From NCBI GenBank assembly GCA_945946715.1, contig CAMEWU010000001.1:1-57702 (forward strand): a DNA stretch of 57,702 nucleotides, in the 5' to 3' direction. Made by a program: the position numbers and the translations under genes. The notes under the pieces are model-generated. The model did not search any database. It worked only from the letters and a program-made list of their open reading frames with translations, and had not been told where the DNA came from. Position 1 is the stretch's first letter; each line of letters opens with the position of its first letter. Positions 1 through 9,056 of the stretch are shown piece after piece. The stretch comes from an uncultured Clostridium sp. GTDB lineage: Bacteria; Bacillota; Clostridia; Lachnospirales; Lachnospiraceae.

Positions 1-340
1 AAAGGCGAGGCCTTTGAGGTGGCGTTCATGGAGAAGACGCAAGCTCGAAAGGCAAGCACTGTCTGCATGCAGACAAGGGCTTGAATGAGAGCTTATGTGA
101 GTGCAACGAACACCGAAAAGGCGAGGCCTTTGAGGTGGCGTTCATGGAGAAGACGCAAGCTCGAAAGGCAAGCACTGTCTGCATGCAGACAAGGGCTTGA
201 ATGAGAGCTTATGTGAGTGCAACGAACACCGAAAAGGCGAGGCCTTTGAGGTGGCGTTCATGGAGAAGACGCAAGCTCGAAAGGCAAAGAGGCGAGGCCT
301 TTGAGGTGGCGTTCATGGAAAAGAAACACAGGGCGTGAGA
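1..340. repeat. 116-bp tandem repeat array: identical full units at 5-120 and 121-236, truncated units starting at 237 and 292. The array runs off the left window edge.
   Basis: Direct comparison shows units 5-120 and 121-236 are identical. The same 5' unit segment (GCGAGGCCTTTGAGGTGGCGTTCATGGA) recurs at 237 and 292. Confidence 0.9.
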
Positions 341-347
341 GGAACAT

Positions 348-3300
348 ATGAAAAAGAAACTTACAAGTATGCAAATTATCTGTCGAATATTTGGTCTGGC
401 ATTCCTTTTTGTATGCCTTTATTTTGCTTTGGGCGAATGTTTTCTGCCGGATGAACAGGCAGAATATGAACCTTGTGAGGTGTTTCAAGCGGACTGGGAA
501 TGGGTAAAGGAAGACGGAACCAGAGAAGCGATTGCTATACCGGGACAATGTGATGCCCAGCGGAACGAGACAGTTACCATTGAGACAACACTTCCGGAAG
601 ATGTAGAACAAGGTATGTATTTGTGTTTCCGGAGTTCAAAGCAGGATATGCGGATTTTTGTTGATGGGAAGCTTCGTCAGGAATATTCTACAGAGGATAC
701 CCGACTGTTTGGTAGGAATAGTGCAGTTATTTATGTCTTTTTCAAACTGGAAGGGGAGGATGCAGGAAAAACTCTGACTTTGGAAACACGGACAGATTCT
801 TCCTATTCCGGTATTTTTTATCCAATTTACTATGGGGAACGCATGGAAATCTGGAACAATTTCTTTGCTCAATATGGAGTAGAATTGATTGTTGCATTTC
901 TGACGCTTTTTTTGGGGATTATTAGTGTGATTGGCAGTCTTGCATTGCAAATGGTATATCATCAGGATATTCATTTACAGTATTTGGGCTGGGGTGTCTC
1001 TTTGGCAGCAATTTGGCTAATAATGAATTCTGTTTTTCGTCAAGTGATTTTTACAAATATATCTGTAGTTAATGATATGACATTCTTTATGATTATGCTT
1101 CTTCCACTTCCGTTTATGATTTATATGAATAGTGTTCAACAATGTCGCTACGAGAAGGCATATACAATTGACGGGATATTGATAATAGTCAATTTCTGTA
1201 TTTGTACATTTCTGCATATGGTGAATTGGAAAGATTTTGCGGACACAATCGTTATAATAGCTCTTTTCTGTGTTGGTTCTATTGGATTAATGGGAGTAAC
1301 TATCCTGATAGATATATGGAAAAAACATATTAAGGATTATCGATTAGAGGCCATTGGGGTCTTGGGTGCATCTCTGGCAGCAGTATTGCAGATTGTGTTA
1401 TATTTTGTACGGGTAATCCAATTCAGTGGTACTATTTTGGCAATTGGCTTAATTTTTCTTCTGGTTACAGCAGTGGTTAAAACTATTCATAGCATTGTTG
1501 CCATGGAACAGGATAAGCAAAAAGCAATTCTATCCAGTGAAGCAAAAGCAAGATTTCTTGCAAATATGTCTCATGAAATTCGAACGCCGATTAATGCAGT
1601 GCTTGGTATGGATGCCATGATTCTTCGGGAATGTAAGGATATGCAGATTAAGGAATATGCCTTAGATATTCAGAATGCAGGACAGAATCTGCTGGCATTG
1701 GTAAATGATATTCTGGATTTATCCAAAGTGGAATCTGGTAAAATGGAATTGATTCCGGTGGAATATGATGTGAGCAGTATGGTACATGATATTACCAATA
1801 TGATTACCGTAAAAGCACAGGATAAAGACTTGGAGTTGAAAGTACAGGTGAATCCGAATCTGCCATCTCGTTTGTATGGAGATGAGGTTCGTATTCGTCA
1901 GATTTTGATTAATATATTGAACAATGCTGTAAAGTATACTCATGAAGGTAGCGTAGAACTTCGGATTGATGGACAGGTAGAAGAAGAACAGGTTCGGCTG
2001 GAATGCTCGGTAACAGATACAGGAATTGGTATTAAGGAAGAAGATTTACCAAAGCTGTTCGCAGAATTTGAACGGATTGAGGAACAAAAGAATCAAATGA
2101 TTGAGGGAACAGGACTTGGAATGAGTATTACTGCCAAGCTGTTAAACTTGATGGGAAGTAAACTTCAAGTGGAGAGCGTTTATGGAGAGGGTTCCCGGTT
2201 TTTCTTTGAATTGGATCAGTTGATTGTTGATCATAAGCCAATTGGAAATTTAGAGGAACGAATCCGGCAGCAGAGTATTGATTATGCATATCAGGCAGCA
2301 TTTACAGCACCAGAGGCAAGGCTATTAGTGGTAGATGATAATGTAGTAAATTTGAAAGTGTTTGTGAACCTATTAAAAGAAACACAGGTAAAAATAGATG
2401 CTGTTAGTAGCGGGCAGGAATGCTTGGATCTGGTAATAGACAAGCATTATGATATGATATTCCTGGATCATATGATGCCGGATATGGATGGTATTGAGAC
2501 GTTGCATCGAATGAAAGAAATGTCTGATTATCCATGTAAAGACACGCCGGTGATTGTGCTGACTGCCAATGCTGTATCAGGTGCTAAAGAAATGTATTTA
2601 TCTGAAGGGTTTGATGGATTCCTTTCTAAGCCGATTATGCCGGACCGCTTGGAGAATTTGATTCGGCAGACGTTACCTCAGGAGTTGTTACGTTTTGAAA
2701 CAAAGTCTGGAGATGAGATAGAGCACAATAAGGATTTGGATGGCAAAGGCCAATCAACGCAACAGCAGACAACAGCAGATTTACCGTATATAGCAGGAAT
2801 TAATTGGAGCTGTGCATGGTTGCATTTGCCGGAAAGGGAACTTCTGTTGGAAACAGTTCGTGATTTCTATCGTTCCATTGATACAGAAGCTGATTGTTTG
2901 GAAGAATACTATAATGCGAAAGACCTTGATGCTTATCGGATTAAGGTTCATGCCATGAAGAGTTCTGCAGCTTTGATAGGTGCCACTTCACTGTCGGATA
3001 TGGCAAAAATGTTAGAATATGCTGCCAGAGATAAGCAGGAGAATGTTATAGATAATTCTACAGCCGTTTTTTTGGAAGAGTGGCGCAGATATAAAGAAAA
3101 GCTCAGTGTTCTTGTGAAGGAAGAGACAGATAAACAAGAAGTGAAAGATAACACAGTGATTTTGGCATATTTGGAAATGCTGAGATTCGCCATGGAAGAC
3201 ATGGATATTGATGGTGCCGACCAGGCAATGGAGCAGTTGAGGCAATATCAGTATCCTTTGGAAATACAGGCAATGATAGATGAGCTTAGTGGAGCTGTGA

Positions 3301-3413
3301 CAAATTTGGATAGTGAACAGGCTGCAATACTAATTGAAAAACTTATGAATCAATTCAGAGGAAATGAGGGAAAAAAGGATGAAGAAGATACTCTTGATTG
3401 GAAAACTAGATAA
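348..3413 (+). CDS. Hybrid sensor histidine kinase: N-terminal extracytoplasmic region, about 7 TM helices, then HisKA, HATPase_c, REC and Hpt domains
   Basis: H-box FLANMSHEIRTPINAV, N-box ILNNAVKYT, G-boxes DTGIGI and GTGLGMSI. Receiver LLVVDDN...FLDHMMPDMDG...SKP. Hpt-like HAMKSSAALIGA. Long hydrophobic block at aa ~175-385. RBS AGAGGAA lies before the ATG. Confidence 0.9.
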   Translation: MKKKLTSMQIICRIFGLAFLFVCLYFALGECFLPDEQAEYEPCEVFQADWEWVKEDGTREAIAIPGQCDAQRNETVTIETTLPEDVEQGMYLCFRSSKQDMRIFVDGKLRQEYSTEDTRLFGRNSAVIYVFFKLEGEDAGKTLTLETRTDSSYSGIFYPIYYGERMEIWNNFFAQYGVELIVAFLTLFLGIISVIGSLALQMVYHQDIHLQYLGWGVSLAAIWLIMNSVFRQVIFTNISVVNDMTFFMIMLLPLPFMIYMNSVQQCRYEKAYTIDGILIIVNFCICTFLHMVNWKDFADTIVIIALFCVGSIGLMGVTILIDIWKKHIKDYRLEAIGVLGASLAAVLQIVLYFVRVIQFSGTILAIGLIFLLVTAVVKTIHSIVAMEQDKQKAILSSEAKARFLANMSHEIRTPINAVLGMDAMILRECKDMQIKEYALDIQNAGQNLLALVNDILDLSKVESGKMELIPVEYDVSSMVHDITNMITVKAQDKDLELKVQVNPNLPSRLYGDEVRIRQILINILNNAVKYTHEGSVELRIDGQVEEEQVRLECSVTDTGIGIKEEDLPKLFAEFERIEEQKNQMIEGTGLGMSITAKLLNLMGSKLQVESVYGEGSRFFFELDQLIVDHKPIGNLEERIRQQSIDYAYQAAFTAPEARLLVVDDNVVNLKVFVNLLKETQVKIDAVSSGQECLDLVIDKHYDMIFLDHMMPDMDGIETLHRMKEMSDYPCKDTPVIVLTANAVSGAKEMYLSEGFDGFLSKPIMPDRLENLIRQTLPQELLRFETKSGDEIEHNKDLDGKGQSTQQQTTADLPYIAGINWSCAWLHLPERELLLETVRDFYRSIDTEADCLEEYYNAKDLDAYRIKVHAMKSSAALIGATSLSDMAKMLEYAARDKQENVIDNSTAVFLEEWRRYKEKLSVLVKEETDKQEVKDNTVILAYLEMLRFAMEDMDIDGADQAMEQLRQYQYPLEIQAMIDELSGAVTNLDSEQAAILIEKLMNQFRGNEGKKDEEDTLDWKTR

Positions 3414-4161
3414 AATTGTTCAGAATTTGAATGAAAGTTTGTCGGGAAAGTTTAATGTTCAATTATGCTCTGAATCTATTGAATTAGTGCGGGGAATGAT
3501 GAAAATTGCAAAGCCGGATATGGTCATTATTTGCAGTATTAATGAAAAAGATATTCAATCTGAGATTTTTCAATTGCTTAGCAGCAATGCTTATTCCTAT
3601 ATCCCGGTTCTGGTAGTTGGGACAAGGGAAGGCTGCGATAAGTTTCAGGAATATTATGAGAAATACCAATTTGAGTATTTGATTCGGCCGATTAGTAGGG
3701 AAACACTTTTAAAAAAGTGTCAGGAACGCCTCAAATTAGTTAAAGCATCTGAAAATGATAGAGCTTCGCAGATAAATAACGAACCGGAAGTAGAAAAGAA
3801 GAGGATTTTGATTGTAGATGACAGTGCTTTGTCATTAAGAAGTGCAAAGGCAATTCTGGATAAAAAGTTCAATGTTACTGTTGCAACTTCCGGTAAACAG
3901 GCCATGATAGCGTTACAGAAGAAACGACCGGATTTAATTCTTTTGGATTATGAGATGCCTGAGTGGGACGGAAAAACTACCTTAGAAAAAATCAGACAGG
4001 AAAAAGAGTTGCAGGATATCCCGGTAATTTTCTTAACGGGTGTGGCAGATAAAGAACACATTACAGCGGTATTACGATTAAATCCGGCAGGGTACTTTTT
4101 AAAACCATTGGAAAAGGAAAAACTGTTAGAAGCAGTTGACAAGATTTTTGGAGAAGGATGA
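3379..4161 (+). CDS. Stand-alone response regulator with a degenerate pseudo-receiver and a canonical receiver domain, no output domain
   Basis: The second half has ILIVDDS...LILLDYEMPEWDG...FLTG...LKP. The first half lacks the acidic pocket and phospho-Asp (LLIGK, MVIICS). Start chosen at MKKILL after GAGGGA; an alternative ATG lies at 3364. Confidence 0.8.
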   Translation: MKKILLIGKLDKIVQNLNESLSGKFNVQLCSESIELVRGMMKIAKPDMVIICSINEKDIQSEIFQLLSSNAYSYIPVLVVGTREGCDKFQEYYEKYQFEYLIRPISRETLLKKCQERLKLVKASENDRASQINNEPEVEKKRILIVDDSALSLRSAKAILDKKFNVTVATSGKQAMIALQKKRPDLILLDYEMPEWDGKTTLEKIRQEKELQDIPVIFLTGVADKEHITAVLRLNPAGYFLKPLEKEKLLEAVDKIFGEG

Positions 4162-6155
4162 AAATGGCAAATGGGAAGGTTACAATTAAACAGATTGCAG
4201 ATATGGCAGGAGTATCTATCGCAACGGTTTCTCATGTGATTAACAGAACCCGATATGTGAGTCCTGAATTGGTGGAACGAATTGAAAGGATTATTCGGGA
4301 AACTGGCTATTCAGAAAAGATTGTAGAGAAAGAGCGAAAACTAAAGGTAGGAAAAGCATCCATGATTGTTGCGGTATTTCCAAATGTCAGCAGTACTATT
4401 TATCGGGATATGGTAGATTATCTTCGGCAATTAATTACGGAGCAAGGATACCGCTTCTATGTGGCAGTTACGGGAAATGATAAGGAAGAGGAATGCCAAT
4501 TGCTGGAAGGACTGCTTTCTGAAAAAAAAATAGCAGGTATTCTTCATGTGCCGGTTAGTGAAGCGGCCTCCGATTATAAAATGTTGATTCAGTCAGGAGT
4601 GCCGTTTGTGTGCATGGAACGGAATCTGCTGGGAGAAGGTATTGATGCAGTAGAATTTCGGGATAGAGAAGGCATGTTTGCAGGAACAGAATATCTGTTA
4701 AAGTGTGGTCATCGGAATATTTTGTTGCTGAGGGAACAATCTCCCAGCACTACACGTGAAGAACGCACTCGGGGTTTTATAGAAGCGTTACAGCAGTACA
4801 ATATTAATGTGAATGATGCCAATATTGAAGATATTAATATAGGAAATGAGGATAAAAGCAGAATTGCTATTCAACGGGCACTGAATCGAATTATGCCTAC
4901 AGCAGTGATAACAAGTGGCAATCGGTTGACTTTGTATCTGATGAAGACGGTGCGTGATCTGGGTATAGAATGCCCTGAGGAATTGTCGGTAATTGGCTTC
5001 GGAGATGATAGTTGGAGTGAATTAACCTATCCTCCGCTTACTATATTAAAACGGGATGTGAAGGGATTATGCCAGCGGGCAACAGCTATGCTATTTGAGA
5101 AAATCAATGCAGGAAAAGTAATCATGGAAGATTGCTATGCAGATATTGAGTTGATAGTGCGAAAATCCACCAAAATGCTGGACAGTGGTCCATATGGTGA
5201 ACGAGCAGCAACACCGGATAGTATAGTTTTGACAAATGAAGAAAAAAAACAATTACGAAATGGACATTTTCGTGTGGCAATTTCGTTTCATTATACAGGT
5301 ACTGCATGGGCGGAACTTCATGAAAAGGGAATCCGGGATGAATTGGAACGATATGGAATAGATATAGTATCGGTAATGGATGCTCATTTTGACCCCAAAC
5401 TTCAGAATGTACAATTAGAAGGTTTACGGTTACAAAGGCCGGATGCTGTAATTGCGATTCCGGTAGATGATAAGGCAACGGCTGTAAAGTTTCAAGAATT
5501 ATCGGCAGTATCAAAACTGGTATTTTTGAGTAATGTTCCGGAAAAACTAAATAAGAACAATTACGTATCCTGTGTGTCAGTAAATGAATGGGAAAATGGT
5601 ACGAATACAGGCCGCCTTATGGGAGAGTATTTTAAGGAAAGAAAATCTGTAAAGGCAGGGTTTATTATTCATGGAGCTGCCTTTTCCGCAACTCGTTCCA
5701 GAGATTCTGCGGCAGAAAAAATCATACAGGATAACTACAAGAATATTGAAATAGTTACAGTACGCAATTTTGTCCAGATTGAAAACACCTATCAGGTGTG
5801 TAAGGAAGTTATGGAAATGCATCCGGAAATTGAAACGCTTTATATTAGTTGGGATCAACCGGCACTTCTGGCAATAAAAGCCTTGAAGGAATTGGGCAGA
5901 AGTGATGTGGCAGTATTTACAACGGACTTAGATAGAGATATTGCATATTGTATGGAAGAGGGCATTGTGCGGGGGATGAGTACCCAACGGCCATATGAAC
6001 AGGGTAGAACAGCAGCGTTAGTTGTGGCAAAGGCGCTGGTGAGCGATGGTATACCAAAATATGTGGGAGTGCAGCCGTATATTGTGGAAGGAAAGCAATT
6101 GAGGCGTGCATGGAAGGATATTTTTCATGAACCAATGCCGGAACGGTTGAAGTAG
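4158..6155 (+). CDS. LacI-family HTH regulator carrying two tandem periplasmic-binding-protein-type sugar-binding domains (665 aa)
   Basis: N-terminus is VTIKQIADMAGVSIATVSHVINRTRYVS (LacI HTH). The usual PBP1 core follows (aa ~65-340), then a second ribose-binding-protein-like domain (aa ~370-650). The ATG overlaps the stop of the upstream gene (ATGA). Confidence 0.8.
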   Translation: MKMANGKVTIKQIADMAGVSIATVSHVINRTRYVSPELVERIERIIRETGYSEKIVEKERKLKVGKASMIVAVFPNVSSTIYRDMVDYLRQLITEQGYRFYVAVTGNDKEEECQLLEGLLSEKKIAGILHVPVSEAASDYKMLIQSGVPFVCMERNLLGEGIDAVEFRDREGMFAGTEYLLKCGHRNILLLREQSPSTTREERTRGFIEALQQYNINVNDANIEDINIGNEDKSRIAIQRALNRIMPTAVITSGNRLTLYLMKTVRDLGIECPEELSVIGFGDDSWSELTYPPLTILKRDVKGLCQRATAMLFEKINAGKVIMEDCYADIELIVRKSTKMLDSGPYGERAATPDSIVLTNEEKKQLRNGHFRVAISFHYTGTAWAELHEKGIRDELERYGIDIVSVMDAHFDPKLQNVQLEGLRLQRPDAVIAIPVDDKATAVKFQELSAVSKLVFLSNVPEKLNKNNYVSCVSVNEWENGTNTGRLMGEYFKERKSVKAGFIIHGAAFSATRSRDSAAEKIIQDNYKNIEIVTVRNFVQIENTYQVCKEVMEMHPEIETLYISWDQPALLAIKALKELGRSDVAVFTTDLDRDIAYCMEEGIVRGMSTQRPYEQGRTAALVVAKALVSDGIPKYVGVQPYIVEGKQLRRAWKDIFHEPMPERLK

Positions 6156-6175
6156 GGTTAATTGAATGGAGTTTT

Positions 6176-6210
6176 AAATGGGTTTGAAATTAGTTTCAAA
6201 CCCATTTTTT
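6176..6210 (+). terminator. Rho-independent terminator after the LacI-family gene
   Basis: AAATGGGTTTGAA-loop-TTCAAACCCATTT followed by a T-run. Confidence 0.75.
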
Positions 6211-6217
6211 ACGTAAA
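6208..6217. promoter_or_regulatory. TTTACGTAAA palindrome copy 1 (candidate LacI-type operator)
   Basis: Perfect 10-bp palindrome with central CG. One of four identical copies within 200 bp. Confidence 0.5.
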
Positions 6218-6237
6218 TAACCCATTTGATTTGATAA

Positions 6238-6247
6238 TTTACGTAAA
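6238..6247. promoter_or_regulatory. TTTACGTAAA palindrome copy 2
   Basis: Perfect palindrome, 30 bp centre-to-centre from copy 1. Confidence 0.5.
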
Positions 6248-6334
6248 AAAAAGAAAAGAATGAGTGAAATGAAAAAAGCTGGATACATATTTTGTATAAA
6301 TTTAACAAAAAACAAAGAGAATCAAGAAAGATTA

Positions 6335-6363
6335 TTGACATATTTCAACGCCTATTATATTAT
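6335..6363 (+). promoter_or_regulatory. Sigma-A-type promoter of the ABC/GH32/fructokinase operon
   Basis: TTGACA (6335-6340), 17-nt spacer, TATTAT (6358-6363). Confidence 0.55.
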
Positions 6364-6372
6364 TTACGTAAA
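6363..6372. promoter_or_regulatory. TTTACGTAAA palindrome copy 3, overlapping the -10/+1 region
   Basis: Perfect palindrome that begins at the last base of the -10 hexamer. Confidence 0.55.
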
Positions 6373-6396
6373 CAAAGGAGAAAACATATCATTAAA

Positions 6397-6406
6397 TTTA
6401 CGTAAA
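6397..6406. promoter_or_regulatory. TTTACGTAAA palindrome copy 4, in the 5' leader
   Basis: Perfect palindrome, 34 bp centre-to-centre from copy 3. Confidence 0.55.
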
Positions 6407-6486
6407 AAACCGGTTATGATGTGTAATGGATAATAAATCCTTTGAAGCAAAAAAATACCCCAACATATTTTAAGGAGGACGATGAT

Positions 6487-7488
6487 ATGAAGAAATTTAA
6501 GAAATTAGTTGCATTAGGTATTAGCTTATGTATGGCTGTTGGGATGCTGGCAGGTTGTGGAGCATCTGGCAGTGGTGACGCAAATGGTAACGGTGGTGAG
6601 ACACAGAATTCAGATTCAGGTCTTTCTTTTGCATTCTGCACCAATACATTAAACAATACATTTCAGAGTTCAATTGACGCAAAGTTAAGCGAGCTATGTG
6701 AGGAGAATGGTATTTCTTATACCTGCCTTGACCCTGATTATGATTTGAATAAGCAGTTGAGCCAGTTATCTGATGTTGCAAACAGTGGATATGATGCAGT
6801 TTTTATTATTCCGGTTGATTCCGCAGGTATTACCTCTGGTCTTGCAGAAATTCATGATGCAGGCATTCCAATTTTTAATGTAGATACTGCGGTTATTGAT
6901 GATGACATTGAGAATTTTGTAACTATGTTCGTTGGCACCAATGCTTATATGGCAGGCGAACTGGTTGGCGAGCAGATGGCTAAGGATTATCCAGATGGAG
7001 CTGACATAGCAATTTTAGACTTCCCTTCCAATGAGAGCTGTGTTGATCGTGTAAATGGTTTTATGGCTGGTCTTGGTGATAATGCAGATAAGTTTAACAT
7101 TGTTGCACAGCAGGATGGTGAAGCAGCACTGGATGCTTCTATGGGACTTGCAGAAGATATTATTATTGCAAACCCTGATATTGATGCATTCTTCTGTATC
7201 AATGACCCTTCTGCATTAGGTGCCGCTGCCGCAGTAAAAGCAGCAAACAGAACCGGAGAAATTGGTGTATATAGCATTGATGCTTCTCCGGATGGAAAGC
7301 AGGCTTTGTTAGATGGCGAGTTTTCGGCAGTAGCTGCTCAGGTTCCGTTACAGATTGCTGAATATTCATTTAATGAAGCAATGAACTATTTGAATGGTGA
7401 TACTGAAATTGAAGAAAAGAAGGTTTACTTAGATTCTCACTTAGTATTAGAGGATGAAGCAAAGGAAACTATTGATAGCTGGCAGTAA
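6487..7488 (+). CDS. Sugar ABC transporter substrate-binding lipoprotein (PBP type 1, CUT2-like)
   Basis: Signal peptide with lipobox MLAGCG and a Gly/Ser/Asn linker, then a ribose-binding-protein-like fold. AAGGAGG lies 9 nt upstream of the ATG at 6487; the ORF track start at 6442 is probably too early. Confidence 0.85.
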   Translation: MKKFKKLVALGISLCMAVGMLAGCGASGSGDANGNGGETQNSDSGLSFAFCTNTLNNTFQSSIDAKLSELCEENGISYTCLDPDYDLNKQLSQLSDVANSGYDAVFIIPVDSAGITSGLAEIHDAGIPIFNVDTAVIDDDIENFVTMFVGTNAYMAGELVGEQMAKDYPDGADIAILDFPSNESCVDRVNGFMAGLGDNADKFNIVAQQDGEAALDASMGLAEDIIIANPDIDAFFCINDPSALGAAAAVKAANRTGEIGVYSIDASPDGKQALLDGEFSAVAAQVPLQIAEYSFNEAMNYLNGDTEIEEKKVYLDSHLVLEDEAKETIDSWQ

Positions 7489-7501
7489 GAAGAACTGGAT
7501 G

Positions 7502-7532
7502 GATGCACTGTAGAGAAATCATACAGTGCATC
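7502..7532 (+). promoter_or_regulatory. Intercistronic stem-loop after the binding-protein gene
   Basis: 11-bp perfect stem GATGCACTGTA / TACAGTGCATC with a 9-nt loop and no T-run. Confidence 0.5.
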
Positions 7533-7555
7533 TGTCAGAATAAAGGAGGTTCAAT

Positions 7556-9055
7556 ATGGGACAAACAGTTCTGGAAATGATAGGAATAAAGAAAAGCTTT
7601 TCTGGAATCTATGCGCTTGCTGGTATTGATTTCAGTCTGGAACAGGGGGAGGTTCATGCATTATTAGGTGAAAATGGTGCGGGAAAGTCCACGTTGATTA
7701 AGGTTTTGGGTGGTATCTATCAGCCTGATGAAGGCACAATTAAGATTCAGGGAAAAGAAGTAAAAATTAATGGTGTCCCAGCAGCAAGAGAAAACGGAAT
7801 TGGAATTATTCACCAGGAAATAGTGCTGGTTCCATATTTGACCGTTGCACAGAATTTATTTCTTGGGCGGGAAATTAAAACCTCAATTGGCACCATTGAT
7901 TTTAAGGAACAAAACAGAAGGGCAGAAGAGATGATTGCCTCTCTGGGAGTTGGAATTAAAGCAGATTCGGTAGTAGAAACATTAACCATCGCTCAGCAAC
8001 AAATGGTTGAAATTGTTAAGGCAGTATCCTTTAATGCGAATATTATAGTTATGGATGAACCGACATCTTCGTTGTCAAATGAAGAAGTGGAACAACTATT
8101 CCAAATCATTGAAAATCTGCAGAAAAAGCAAGTTAGCATTATTTACATATCCCACAGAATGGAAGAGTTGTTCCGTATTTCTGACCGGGTCACAATTATC
8201 CGGGATGGCAAATATGTAGGAACCAGAAAAACCAGCGAAACCAATCCGAATGAACTGGTGGCTATGATGGTTGGACGGGATTTGGAAAGCTTTTACGCAA
8301 GGGACTATTGCGATATGGAAAAAGCAGAAGTTGCAATGAGTGTAAAGGGATTAACCTGTGATGGAACATTTGAAGATGTAAGCTTTGATGTTCATAAGGG
8401 TGAGATATTAGGCTTCTCCGGTTTGGTTGGTGCCGGAAGAAGCGAGATAATGGAAAGTATTTTTGGAGCCCGCCCATATACGAAGGGTGAAGTATACTTA
8501 AAGGGTGAAAAGGTACATTTTAAGAATCCGATGCAGGCAATTAAGGCTGGTGTAGCATTAGTGCCTGAAGACAGAAAGAAACAGGGCTTGGTTCTTGGTA
8601 ACAGTGTTGCATTTAACATGACCTTGTCCTCGTTGCGGTTCTACATGAATGGAATTGCAATTAGTGAAAAGAAGCGAAAAGCAGTAATTGATGAATTTTC
8701 ACAGAAGTTACGATTGAAAGCGGCTTCTCCTGATATCGAAGCAGGCAGCTTGTCTGGTGGTAATCAGCAGAAGGTAGTGCTGGGGAAATGGCTGGCAACA
8801 AAGCCGGAGGTTTTGATTTTAGATGAGCCAACCAGAGGTGTAGATGTAAATGCTAAATTTGAAATCTATACCACCATTAACGAGCTGGCAAAACAAGGAA
8901 TAGCAATTATTATGATTTCCAGTGAATTGCCGGAGATTATCAATATGTGTGACAACGTATGCGTTGTAAGAGCCGGGAAACTGGTAGGAAAGTTGAAGAA
9001 GGACGAATTGACGCAGGAAGAAATTATGAAATATGCTGCAGGAGGAGTTGAATAA
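7556..9055 (+). CDS. Sugar ABC transporter ATP-binding protein with duplicated ABC domains (RbsA/MglA type)
   Basis: Walker A GENGAGKST, second-domain signature LSGGNQQK, Walker B ILDEPT. 499 aa, typical of CUT2 ATPases. Confidence 0.9.
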   Translation: MGQTVLEMIGIKKSFSGIYALAGIDFSLEQGEVHALLGENGAGKSTLIKVLGGIYQPDEGTIKIQGKEVKINGVPAARENGIGIIHQEIVLVPYLTVAQNLFLGREIKTSIGTIDFKEQNRRAEEMIASLGVGIKADSVVETLTIAQQQMVEIVKAVSFNANIIVMDEPTSSLSNEEVEQLFQIIENLQKKQVSIIYISHRMEELFRISDRVTIIRDGKYVGTRKTSETNPNELVAMMVGRDLESFYARDYCDMEKAEVAMSVKGLTCDGTFEDVSFDVHKGEILGFSGLVGAGRSEIMESIFGARPYTKGEVYLKGEKVHFKNPMQAIKAGVALVPEDRKKQGLVLGNSVAFNMTLSSLRFYMNGIAISEKKRKAVIDEFSQKLRLKAASPDIEAGSLSGGNQQKVVLGKWLATKPEVLILDEPTRGVDVNAKFEIYTTINELAKQGIAIIMISSELPEIINMCDNVCVVRAGKLVGKLKKDELTQEEIMKYAAGGVE

Positions 9056-9056
9056 T

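Noticed and set aside
1-340. Could the 116-bp repeats be a CRISPR array?
   Set aside because: The whole 116-bp unit is repeated identically with no unique spacers between the repeats. The unit is far longer than a CRISPR repeat, and there are no cas genes in the window.
258-611. 117-aa minus-strand ORF spanning the repeat and the start of the kinase gene
   Set aside because: It is antisense to a well-supported kinase gene, has no RBS, and is partly built from repeat sequence. It has no recognisable motif.
636-3245. Multiple short minus-strand ORFs inside the kinase gene, and similar antisense ORFs inside most long genes of the window
   Set aside because: All lie fully within strongly supported genes on the other strand. 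They lack an RBS and show low-complexity, AT-skewed translations.
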